Assembly: GCA_018713465.1 (NCBI GenBank)
Contig: DVOP01000025.1
Location: 1-42,870, forward strand
Source of the DNA: Candidatus Alectryocaccobium stercorigallinarum
GTDB taxonomy: Bacteria > Bacillota > Clostridia > Lachnospirales > Lachnospiraceae
Length of the DNA: 42,870 nt
Reading direction: 5' to 3'
This document shows positions 13,127-21,237 of this stretch, one piece after another. The number at the start of each line of letters is the position of its first letter. The first letter of the stretch is position 1. The notes under the pieces are model-generated. The model ran no database searches and was not told the DNA's origin. It saw only the letters and a program-made list of their open reading frames with translations. The position numbers and the translations under genes are program-made.

Positions 13127-14374
13127 ATGAAACAGTATGTAATTATAGGAAACGGCGTGGCCGCAGCCGGCTGTATCGAGGGAATAAGAAGCGTAGATAC
13201 AAAATCAAGGATCGCGGTTGTTTCTGAAGAAAACCGCCCTGTATATTGCCGTCCCCTTATCTCCTACTATCTTGAAGGAATGACGACGGCAGAAAAGATG
13301 ATGTACCGCCGCGATGATTTTTATGCCGCCAACGGCTGCGACGTAATATACGGCAGGAAAGCCGTAAAGCTTGACCCGGATGCAAAAAAAGTGTATCTTG
13401 ACGACGGCTCGGAATACCCGTATGACAGCGTGTGCATCGCAGCCGGCTCATCCCCGGTTATTCCGCCGTTTGCCGGTATAGATACGGTCAAAAACAAATT
13501 TACATTTATGACATTGGACGATGCCCTTGCGCTGGAAAATGCTTTAGCGCCAAACTCAAAGGTACTCATCGTAGGTGCCGGGCTTATCGGGCTTAAATGC
13601 GCCGAGGGTATAAGCGGGCGCGTCGCCTCGATCACGATATGCGATCTTGCTCCGAGGATACTTTCAAGCATTCTCGATGATGAATGCGCGCATATGATGC
13701 AGGAAGCTATGGAGCGCCGGAATATAAGCTTCATGCTTTCCGACACTGCCGTAAAATTCGATAAAAACAAGGCTTATATGAAAAGCGGCAAAGAAATAGA
13801 TTTCGATATTCTTATATTGGCCGTCGGAGTAAAGGCGAATACGTCTCTTATCAAAGACGCCGGCGGCGCGGTAAACCGCGGGATAATCACGAACAGCCGC
13901 ATGATGACGTCTATTCCGGGCGTATACGCGGCCGGCGACTGTACTGAGGGCTTTGACTTTTCCTTCGGCAGCACTCGGATCCTTGCGATACTTCCAAACG
14001 CCGTAATGGGCGGCCGATGCGCGGGCGCAAACATGGCCGGAGGACATGAAACCTTCGAAAATGCTATTCCGATGAATTCTATAGGATTTTTCGGAATACA
14101 CGCCATGACTGCCGGAAGCTATTTTGCAGAAGCCGACGGAGGCGAAATGTATGAAGAAAAAAACGGCTGCGGCATACGCAGGCTTTTTACAAAGGACGGA
14201 TATCTCACCGGCTTTATCATCATCGGTGATGTTGAACCTGCAGGAATATATGTGAACCTTATAAGAAACCGCATACCTCTTTCGGAAATAGATTTTGACC
14301 TCGTCAAAAGATCGCCTTCGCTTGCGGCATTTTCCGATAAATACAGAAATGAAAAATTAGGGAGCGTAGTTTAA
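13127..14374 (+). CDS. NAD(P)/FAD-dependent pyridine nucleotide-disulfide oxidoreductase family protein (probable electron-input subunit)
   Basis: 415 aa. N-terminal dinucleotide fold YVIIGNGVAAAG, a second fold VLIVGAGLIGLK, and the GVYAAGDC motif. Confidence 0.85.
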   Translation: MKQYVIIGNGVAAAGCIEGIRSVDTKSRIAVVSEENRPVYCRPLISYYLEGMTTAEKMMYRRDDFYAANGCDVIYGRKAVKLDPDAKKVYLDDGSEYPYDSVCIAAGSSPVIPPFAGIDTVKNKFTFMTLDDALALENALAPNSKVLIVGAGLIGLKCAEGISGRVASITICDLAPRILSSILDDECAHMMQEAMERRNISFMLSDTAVKFDKNKAYMKSGKEIDFDILILAVGVKANTSLIKDAGGAVNRGIITNSRMMTSIPGVYAAGDCTEGFDFSFGSTRILAILPNAVMGGRCAGANMAGGHETFENAIPMNSIGFFGIHAMTAGSYFAEADGGEMYEEKNGCGIRRLFTKDGYLTGFIIIGDVEPAGIYVNLIRNRIPLSEIDFDLVKRSPSLAAFSDKYRNEKLGSVV

Positions 14375-14375
14375 T

Positions 14376-15098
14376 ATGAAAACGATAAACGTATCAGAGC
14401 TCGACCATAAAGAAATAAACGAACAGCTTCGCGCCGCACATTGCGACTGTACTCTTTTCGGCTGCATAGGACAGCGTTTTATAGGTGCGGGACTTTCAGA
14501 AAACTCGATAATCATAGAAGGAACTCCCGGAAACGCACTCGGCGCATATCTTAACGGCGCTCACATTTATGTAAAGGGAAACGCGCAGGACGCCGTAGGC
14601 GATACAATGAACAACGGCGATATAATAATTGACGGCTGCGTCGGGGACGCCGTGGGATACGCAATGCGCGGAGGCTCAATCTTCATAAAGGGAAGCGCGG
14701 GTTATAGAGCCGGGATCCATATGAAGGAATATAAGGAAAAAGTACCGAATCTCGTGATCGGAGGCTGTGCCGGCAGCTTTTTGGGCGAATATCAGGCCGG
14801 CGGCAGGATAATTGTACTCGGCCTTGACTGCGGCGATAAGCCTATAGTCAGCAATTTTCCCGGAACCGGAATGCACGGCGGGAAAATGTATCTGCGCTCA
14901 GACTGTAAAAACATTATCTTCCCCAAGCAGGTAAACGCCTCTCCTGCCTCAGCTGACGACTTAAAGGATATCGAGCCGTATATCAGAAATTTCTGTTCGT
15001 ATTTCAACGCAGACTATGATATGATTATTTCATCAGATTTTACGATCATTACTCCAAACAGCAGCAACCCATACAAGCAGATGTATGTAGCCAACTGA
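14376..15098 (+). CDS. GXGXG-motif protein (GltB domain 3-like beta-helix subunit)
   Basis: 240 aa with a repeating G-x-G pattern (IIEGTPGNALGAYLNGAHIYVKGNAQDAVGDTMNNGDIIIDGCVGDAVGYAMRGGSIFIKGSAGYRAG). Confidence 0.85.
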   Translation: MKTINVSELDHKEINEQLRAAHCDCTLFGCIGQRFIGAGLSENSIIIEGTPGNALGAYLNGAHIYVKGNAQDAVGDTMNNGDIIIDGCVGDAVGYAMRGGSIFIKGSAGYRAGIHMKEYKEKVPNLVIGGCAGSFLGEYQAGGRIIVLGLDCGDKPIVSNFPGTGMHGGKMYLRSDCKNIIFPKQVNASPASADDLKDIEPYIRNFCSYFNADYDMIISSDFTIITPNSSNPYKQMYVAN

Positions 15099-15118
15099 TA
15101 TGATACAAGGGTTACAAA

Positions 15119-15154
15119 GTAATGCATATTTCTGCTTGCATGAATATGCATTAC
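15119..15154 (+). promoter_or_regulatory. 11-bp perfect hairpin in the GOGAT-glnA intergenic region
   Basis: GTAATGCATAT (15119-15129) pairs with ATATGCATTAC (15144-15154). No U-tract follows. It competes with GCTTGCA(15134-15140)/TGCAAGC(15157-15163) and with CTGCTT(15132-15137)/AAGCAG(15179-15184). Confidence 0.45.
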
Positions 15155-15224
15155 CTTGCAAGCCGAACAAGCATGAGGAAGCAGCTATTTTTCAAAGAAA
15201 AATGAGCGATTCCGAATGATTGTA

Positions 15225-15256
15225 GTATTGCGGGAGCACGAAGTGCAGAGCAATAC
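15225..15256 (+). promoter_or_regulatory. composite hairpin 45 nt upstream of the glnA start
   Basis: GTATTGC(15225-15231)/GCAATAC(15250-15256) encloses GCAC-GAA-GTGC. No U-tract follows. Confidence 0.4.
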
Positions 15257-15301
15257 GTAGTATCATCATAAAAATCGATTATTAAGAAAGGCAGAAATAT
15301 A

Positions 15302-16513
15302 ATGAATTATTCCAAGGAAGAAGTGCTCCAGTTTGTCCGTGAGGAAGACGTTAAATTTATCCGTCTTGCTTTCTGCGATGTATTCGGAAGACAAAAGAAT
15401 ATTTCCATCATGCCGGATGAGCTTCCGCGCGCTTTTGAATACGGTATAGCGTTTGACGCGTCGGCGATCAAAAGCTTCGGCGATGAATTAAAAAGCGATC
15501 TTCTGCTTCGCCCGGATCCGGAAACTCTCGCATTTCTTCCGTGGAGACCGGAGCATGGAAAAGTCGTACGCATGTTCTCGTCCATAACCTATCCCGACGG
15601 AACGCCGTTTGAATGCGATACTCGCGCCCTGCTTAAGAGCACCGTTGCTCAGGCTCAAAACGCCGGCTATACCTTTTCCTTTGGCTCCGAGCTTGAATTT
15701 TATCTTTTTGAGCTCGACGAAAAAGGAAATCCTACAAAGATACCGTACGATGAAGCCGGCTATATGGATCTTGCCCCTGAGGACAAAGGCGAAAACGTAA
15801 GGCGCGAAATATGCCTTACCCTTGAACAGATGGGAATACGCCCCGAAAGCTCCCATCACGAGGAAGGACCGGGACAAAACGAGATCGACTTCAGATATTC
15901 AGACGCGCTTTCGGCGGCCGACAATGCCATGACCTTTGAAACAGTCGTAAAAACGATTGCCAACAGAAACGGCCTGTGCGCAGATTTCTCGGCAAAGCCG
16001 CTTAAAAACAGACCCGGAAACGGATTCCATATAAATTTTTCAGTCAAGCCTGATGACGGTTCATTTGATAATCTCATGCACACGATTGCAGGCATACTTG
16101 ACAAAATAAGCGATATGACCGTCTTCCTCAATCCGACGGAAAATTCATACAAACGTCTTGGAAAGGCGAAGGCTCCCGGATATATCGCATGGTCACATAA
16201 AAACCGTTCTCAGCTTATCCGCATACCCGCCGCGTTTGGCGAATACAAAAGAGCCGAGCTTCGTTCGCCTGATCCAAGCGCGAATCCGTATCTCGCTTTC
16301 GCGCTGCTTATATATGCAGGTCTTTATGGTATCGAAAATAAGCTGGAGCTGCCGCAAAGGGCGGACGTCAATCTGTATAAAGCCGACGACAGGATACTTT
16401 CAAAGCTTAAAAGGCTTCCCGAAAACATCGAGGATGCCCGCAAAGCTGCCGCGAACAGCGATTTTATCAAGGAGCACGTGCCTTCAAAGATATTAGATAT
16501 ATACTGTCGCTGA
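15302..16513 (+). CDS. glnA: glutamine synthetase, type I family (short form, 403 aa)
   Basis: Beta-grasp N-terminus (VKFIRLAFCDVFG). Catalytic motifs GSELEFYLF, SHHEEGPGQNEIDF, NGFHINFS, NSYKRL, RIP and AELRSPD are present. It is collinear with GS-I but ends about 40 residues earlier than the usual 440-470 aa. Confidence 0.88.
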   Translation: MNYSKEEVLQFVREEDVKFIRLAFCDVFGRQKNISIMPDELPRAFEYGIAFDASAIKSFGDELKSDLLLRPDPETLAFLPWRPEHGKVVRMFSSITYPDGTPFECDTRALLKSTVAQAQNAGYTFSFGSELEFYLFELDEKGNPTKIPYDEAGYMDLAPEDKGENVRREICLTLEQMGIRPESSHHEEGPGQNEIDFRYSDALSAADNAMTFETVVKTIANRNGLCADFSAKPLKNRPGNGFHINFSVKPDDGSFDNLMHTIAGILDKISDMTVFLNPTENSYKRLGKAKAPGYIAWSHKNRSQLIRIPAAFGEYKRAELRSPDPSANPYLAFALLIYAGLYGIENKLELPQRADVNLYKADDRILSKLKRLPENIEDARKAAANSDFIKEHVPSKILDIYCR

Positions 16514-16553
16514 TACGCTTAAAGTTTAAGAATGATTCAAAAGGAGGGGAAAG

Positions 16554-17138
16554 GTGGATCTTAAAGAACAGATTTACAGTATTCTGATAGTTTCCGCGTC
16601 AGAAAATATTAATAACGCCCTTTTTTCCCTCCTTCCGGAATCAAAATACGGCCCTGTCCGTACCGTATCAGACATCAGCGCCGCCAAAAGAGCATTTTTG
16701 GAGCGCAATTTTGATTTTATTATAATCAACTCGCCTCTTCCCGACGATTCGGGAATAAGCTTCGCGATAGACTCGAGCGACTCCAAAAACACCGTGGTGC
16801 TGCTTCTTGTACGCTCCGAGCTGTACGAGGAAACAAGATTTAAGACAGAAAAGTTCGGTGTTTTTACGCTTGCGAAGCCTTCGTCAAAATCGGTCATCTC
16901 CCTGGCTTTTTCGTGGATGTCAGCAACAAGGGAAAAACTGCGCAAGTATGAAAAGAAAACGCTCACAATAGAAGAGAAAATGAAAGAGATACGTATCGTC
17001 AACCGAGCTAAATGGATACTTATTTCCGAGCTGAAGATGAGCGAGCCTGACGCGCACCGTTATATCGAAAAGCAGGCAATGGATCAGTGTGTTTCCAAAA
17101 CACAGATAGCTGAAACTATAATAAAAACTTATTCATAA
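16554..17138 (+). CDS. ANTAR-domain RNA-binding antiterminator with a degenerate (pseudo-)receiver domain
   Basis: 194 aa. GTG start with AAGGAGGGG 4 nt upstream. The C-terminal segment IRIVNRAKWILISELKMSEPDAHRYIEKQAMDQCVSKTQIAETII matches the ANTAR pattern. In the N-terminal CheY-like fold, the acidic pair is replaced by Ser-Ala (ILIVSASEN) and the phospho-acceptor Asp by Asn59 (FIIINSPLP, codon 16728-16730). Confidence 0.85.
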   Translation: MDLKEQIYSILIVSASENINNALFSLLPESKYGPVRTVSDISAAKRAFLERNFDFIIINSPLPDDSGISFAIDSSDSKNTVVLLLVRSELYEETRFKTEKFGVFTLAKPSSKSVISLAFSWMSATREKLRKYEKKTLTIEEKMKEIRIVNRAKWILISELKMSEPDAHRYIEKQAMDQCVSKTQIAETIIKTYS

Positions 17139-17150
17139 TGCCGAAAACCT

Positions 17151-17188
17151 TAAAAACAAGGAGCCCCCGCGCGGGGCTCCCTCTTTTT
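17151..17188. terminator. bidirectional rho-independent terminator between the convergent ANTAR and carB genes
   Basis: GGGAGCCCC (17159-17167) pairs with GGGGCTCCC (17173-17181). TCTTTTT follows on the plus strand and TTGTTTTT on the minus strand. Confidence 0.85.
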
Positions 17189-17196
17189 CGGCTTTT

Positions 17197-18051
17197 TCAA
17201 TACTCAAATTCTCCGGTAAATACCGTTACCGCCTCGCCGGACAGTACTATCCTGTCGTCGCTGTAATTTACCGTCAGATCGCCGCCGAGCAGCTTTACGG
17301 TTATATCCGTGTTTTTCTCACAATACCCGTTCGCTACCGCTGCCGCTGCCGCCGCGCACGCGCCGGTACCGCATGCAAGAGTCTCTCCGTTGCCTCTCTC
17401 CCACACCCGCATTCTTAACGTCGTCGAATTCACAATGCGTACAAATTCCGTATTTATGCGCTCAGGGAATATTTCGGCATGTTCGAATTTCGGCCCAATG
17501 TCTTCTGTCTTTATATTATTTACCGAATCCAAAAAAACTACGCAGTGCGGGTTTCCTACAGAAACGCATGTGACCTTATATTCTTTTTTATCTATCTTAA
17601 GCGGATAACCGATCATCTTTTTGGCGTCGCATACCGCCGGAAGCTCTTTTACGTCAAAGCTCGCCCTGCCCATGTCTGCAGCTACCGTATTTACCTTTCC
17701 GTCCCTCACATATGCGCGGATCTTGTGCACGCCGCTCGCCGTTTCTATGTTCATAAATTCACTGCGTATATATCCGTTGTCATAGAGGTATTTTGCAACG
17801 CAGCGGATACTGTTGCCGGCCATTTTCCCCTCTGAACCGTCTTTATTGAATATGCGCATTTTAGCGTCGGCTTTCGCGGATTTTTCAATAAGCACTATCC
17901 CGTCGGCCCCTATGCCGTAATGCTGCTGGCAAAGCGTTACGCACAATGATTCCGGACACGATATCTCGTTGTCGAAATTTTCGATATAAATATAATCATT
18001 TCCGCACGAATGCATCTTCGTGAATTTTATTTTCGTACGCCACATTCGCAT
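17197..18051 (-). other. DapF-like domain of the CarB fusion protein
   Basis: Motifs FTKMHSCGNDYIYI, IFNKDGSEGKMAGNSIRC, GNPHCVVF and ERGNGETLACGTGACA, about 284 aa in total. No stop codon and no SD-like sequence separates it from the CarB part. Confidence 0.8.
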
Positions 18052-21000
18052 GTCGTTAAGGTCTACAAGCTCCGTATTATCGAGGCTGTAATGGCTTATG
18101 AGCATATTTGCGAGCGCCTCGGCTGTATCAAGGCTCGTAAGACACGGTATTCCAAGCTGCATTGCCTTTATATGCAGTTTTTTAAATTTTTTTATCGTTT
18201 CCGCCGTCACTGCTCCCGCGTAAATAATATAGTTTATCTTTCCCTCGCTCATAAGATCGAATATCTCATCGCTCTTATCGCTTCCGGCGACGGTAACGAC
18301 GTCTATATCCATCGCCTTTACAGCCGCCGCTGTTTCTTTTGTCGCATACATGACCATTCCGATATCCGAGAATTTTTTAGCTATCGAGAAAAATTCCTGA
18401 CAGTCGTTTTCCGAAACAGACAGAAATACGCCAATTTTTTGACGGCCGGTTGAAACGGGGACCGCAAGCCCTGCCGCCGTAAGCCCCTTGAACAGAGCTT
18501 CCTCGGTGGATTTCCCGATCCCGAGCACTTCTCCCGTGGACTTCATTTCAGGTCCTAAAAGCGCGTTGACGTCGTATAGCTTTTCAAACGAAAATACCGG
18601 CACCTTTACCGCATAATACGGCGGAGTCCTGTAAAGTCCCGTGCCGTAGCCAAGATCAGTCAGCCTGGCTCCGAGCATGACTTTCGAAGCAAGGTCGACC
18701 ATAGGCACGTTCGTTACCTTGCTTATGTACGGAACTGTCCTTGAAGCGCGCGGATTTACCTCGATAACATACAGCTCGTCCTTATATATGAGATACTGTA
18801 TATTTACAAGCCCCTTTGTCTTAAGCGCAAGCGCTAATTTTTCAGAGACATCGCATATCTTTCTTAAAAATTTGTCGCTGAGATTATAAGGCGGATAAAC
18901 CGCGATGGAATCCCCCGAATGTATGCCCGCTCTTTCGATATGCTCCATGATACCGGGTATGAGCACGTCTTCGCCGTCCGATATAACGTCCACCTCCAGC
19001 TCGGTCCCCGGCATGTATTTATCTACAAGCACCGGGTTATCTATACCCTGCGCAAGTATCGCGGACATGTATTTTTTTGTGTCCTCTTCGGTATTGGCTA
19101 TAGTCATGTTCTGGCCGCCTATAACATAGCTCGGACGCAAAAGCACCGGATAACCCAGCGTCTTCGCCGCCTCGAGCGCTTCCTCCAGCGAAGCTACCCC
19201 GGCCCCTTTTGGCCTTCTTATCCCGAACTGCTCAAGAAGGGCGTCGAACCTCGCCCTGTCCTCAGCTATATCGATACTTTCCGCCGAAGTACCGAGTATC
19301 CGTATTCCCTGCTTATCCAAGAATTCCGTCAGCTTTATCGCCGTCTGTCCGCCGAACGCCACGACGACGCATATCGGCTTTTCGACCTTGATTATGTTCA
19401 TCACATCTTCCGGGCAGAGCGGTTCAAAATAAAGCCTGTCCGCCGTGTCATAATCCGTAGACACTGTTTCCGGGTTGTTGTTTACTATAACTACGTCATA
19501 TCCCATATCCCGCAGTGTCCATACGCAGTGTACCGAAGAATAGTCGAATTCTATACCCTGCCCTATCCTTATAGGTCCGGAGCCAAGCACCATTACGACC
19601 GGCTTTCCTGAACGCTTAAAGCTTCTCGCTTCGCATATCTTATCTGCCGACGAATAAAAATACGGGGTTTCCGCGTCAAATTCCGCACCGCACGTATCAA
19701 CCATCTTGTAAACAAAGTCAAACCCGGGAAGCTGTTTTACTCCTGTAAGGGCGCTTATCGCGCTGTCGGTATAGCCGAGCTTCTTCGCACGATTATAATC
19801 CTCGTCCGATATGCTGCCATATCCGTCATTAAGCTTCAGTTCAAAGCCGGCAAGGCCTTTTAATTTATATAAGAACCATTCGTCTATCTTCGTTACGGAG
19901 TGTATCTCGTCGACTGATACGCCTTCTTTTAAGGCCTCAAATACGGTAAAAAGCCTCCTGTCGTTCTGGTCGTGAAGCCTTTCCGTCACAGGGCGATCAT
20001 CTAACGGCTCGGCGTTAAGTGTCTCAAGTCCTGTTTCCGCTCCCCTGACCGCTTTTAAAAGAGCCATTTCAAAACTTCCGGCTATAGCCATTACCTCGCC
20101 CGTGGCTTTCATCTGCGTGCCAAGCTTCCGGCTGCTGCCCGCGAATTTATCGAACGGCCACTTCGGCAGCTTCACTACGACATAATCAAGCGTAGGCTCA
20201 AAGCATGCGCATGTCTTTCCGGTTATATCGTTTTTTATCTCGTCGAGATAATATCCCAGCGCTATCTTCGTTGTTATCTTCGCTATAGGATATCCCGTAG
20301 CCTTGCTTGCGAGCGCTGACGAGCGTGACACCCTCGGGTTGACTTCAATGACCGCATATTCAAAGCTTTCAGGATCCAGCGCGAACTGGCAGTTGCAGCC
20401 GCCGACTATATTAAGCGCCGTTATCATTTCGAGCGAAGCGCTCCTTAACATCTGGTATTCCTTATCCGCGAGGGTAAGCGCAGGCGCGACTACGATACTG
20501 TCGCCGGTATGCACTCCTACCGGATCAAAATTTTCCATCGAACAGACGGCTATTACGTTTCCGGCCGCGTCGCGCATAGTCTCAAATTCTATCTCTTTCC
20601 AGCCCGCTATACTCTTTTCCACAAGTATCTGGGTTATGGGCGACATATCAAGACCCGTCCTTGCTATTACTGCAAGCTCGTCCTCATTTTCCGCAATTCC
20701 TCCGCCGCTGCCTCCAAGCGTAAACGCAGGGCGCACTATTACAGGATATCCTATATCCCTTGCCGCCTTTAACGCCTCCTCCAGCGTATTCGCGATTTCT
20801 GACGGAACTACGGGCTGGCCTATGCTCTTCATAGTTTCCCTGAAAAGCTCCCTGTCCTCGGCCCGGTCTATCGCTTCTATATCTGAGCCTAAAAGCCTCA
20901 CGTTATATTTTTCTAGGACCCCGGCCTTGCCAAGCTGCATGGCTATCGTCAGTCCTGTCTGTCCCCCGAGTCCGGCAAGTATCCCGTCAGGCCTTTCTTT

Positions 21001-21237
21001 TGCGATTATCCGTTCGACGGTTTCGGCGTTCAGCGGCTCGAGATATATCTCATCGGCCATAGCCTTATCGGTCATTATAGTAGCGGGATTTGAATTTACA
21101 AGCACGACGTTTATGCCCTCGTCTTTTAACACCCGGCACGCCTGCGCCCCGGCATAGTCAAACTCGGCGGCCTGTCCGATAACTATCGGTCCCGAACCTA
21201 TGACAAGGACCTTTCGTATACTTTTATCCTTTGGCAT
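17197..21237 (-). CDS. carB: carbamoyl-phosphate synthase large subunit fused in frame to a C-terminal DapF-like (diaminopimelate epimerase fold) domain
   Basis: Single 1346-codon ORF. Residues 1 to about 1062 are full-length CarB (VLVIGSGPIVIGQAAEFDYAG..., a second ATP-grasp VMVLGSGPIRIGQGIEFDY..., and the MGS-like tail). Residues from about 1063 to 1346 carry the DapF motifs. The start overlaps the carA stop (TAATG). Confidence 0.9.
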   Translation of the reverse strand: MPKDKSIRKVLVIGSGPIVIGQAAEFDYAGAQACRVLKDEGINVVLVNSNPATIMTDKAMADEIYLEPLNAETVERIIAKERPDGILAGLGGQTGLTIAMQLGKAGVLEKYNVRLLGSDIEAIDRAEDRELFRETMKSIGQPVVPSEIANTLEEALKAARDIGYPVIVRPAFTLGGSGGGIAENEDELAVIARTGLDMSPITQILVEKSIAGWKEIEFETMRDAAGNVIAVCSMENFDPVGVHTGDSIVVAPALTLADKEYQMLRSASLEMITALNIVGGCNCQFALDPESFEYAVIEVNPRVSRSSALASKATGYPIAKITTKIALGYYLDEIKNDITGKTCACFEPTLDYVVVKLPKWPFDKFAGSSRKLGTQMKATGEVMAIAGSFEMALLKAVRGAETGLETLNAEPLDDRPVTERLHDQNDRRLFTVFEALKEGVSVDEIHSVTKIDEWFLYKLKGLAGFELKLNDGYGSISDEDYNRAKKLGYTDSAISALTGVKQLPGFDFVYKMVDTCGAEFDAETPYFYSSADKICEARSFKRSGKPVVMVLGSGPIRIGQGIEFDYSSVHCVWTLRDMGYDVVIVNNNPETVSTDYDTADRLYFEPLCPEDVMNIIKVEKPICVVVAFGGQTAIKLTEFLDKQGIRILGTSAESIDIAEDRARFDALLEQFGIRRPKGAGVASLEEALEAAKTLGYPVLLRPSYVIGGQNMTIANTEEDTKKYMSAILAQGIDNPVLVDKYMPGTELEVDVISDGEDVLIPGIMEHIERAGIHSGDSIAVYPPYNLSDKFLRKICDVSEKLALALKTKGLVNIQYLIYKDELYVIEVNPRASRTVPYISKVTNVPMVDLASKVMLGARLTDLGYGTGLYRTPPYYAVKVPVFSFEKLYDVNALLGPEMKSTGEVLGIGKSTEEALFKGLTAAGLAVPVSTGRQKIGVFLSVSENDCQEFFSIAKKFSDIGMVMYATKETAAAVKAMDIDVVTVAGSDKSDEIFDLMSEGKINYIIYAGAVTAETIKKFKKLHIKAMQLGIPCLTSLDTAEALANMLISHYSLDNTELVDLNDMRMWRTKIKFTKMHSCGNDYIYIENFDNEISCPESLCVTLCQQHYGIGADGIVLIEKSAKADAKMRIFNKDGSEGKMAGNSIRCVAKYLYDNGYIRSEFMNIETASGVHKIRAYVRDGKVNTVAADMGRASFDVKELPAVCDAKKMIGYPLKIDKKEYKVTCVSVGNPHCVVFLDSVNNIKTEDIGPKFEHAEIFPERINTEFVRIVNSTTLRMRVWERGNGETLACGTGACAAAAAAVANGYCEKNTDITVKLLGGDLTVNYSDDRIVLSGEAVTVFTGEFEY

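Noticed and set aside
15231-15247. Sigma-54-like GG-N10-GC spacing (GGGAGCACGAAGTGCA) upstream of glnA.
   Set aside because: Only the GG and TGCA positions fit TGGCACG-N4-TTGCW; most other consensus positions mismatch. The sequence is also the interior of a hairpin. No sigma-54 enhancer-binding protein is encoded in the window.
15222-15262. The 7-mer GTAGTAT/ATACTAC recurs in the glnA spacer (15222, 15256) and at the 1677-1747 operator region. This could hint that the orphan HTH protein regulates glnA.
   Set aside because: A given 7-mer is expected about 5 times by chance in 43 kb counting both strands. The full palindrome TACTAC-N6-GTAGTA is not reproduced at the glnA site.
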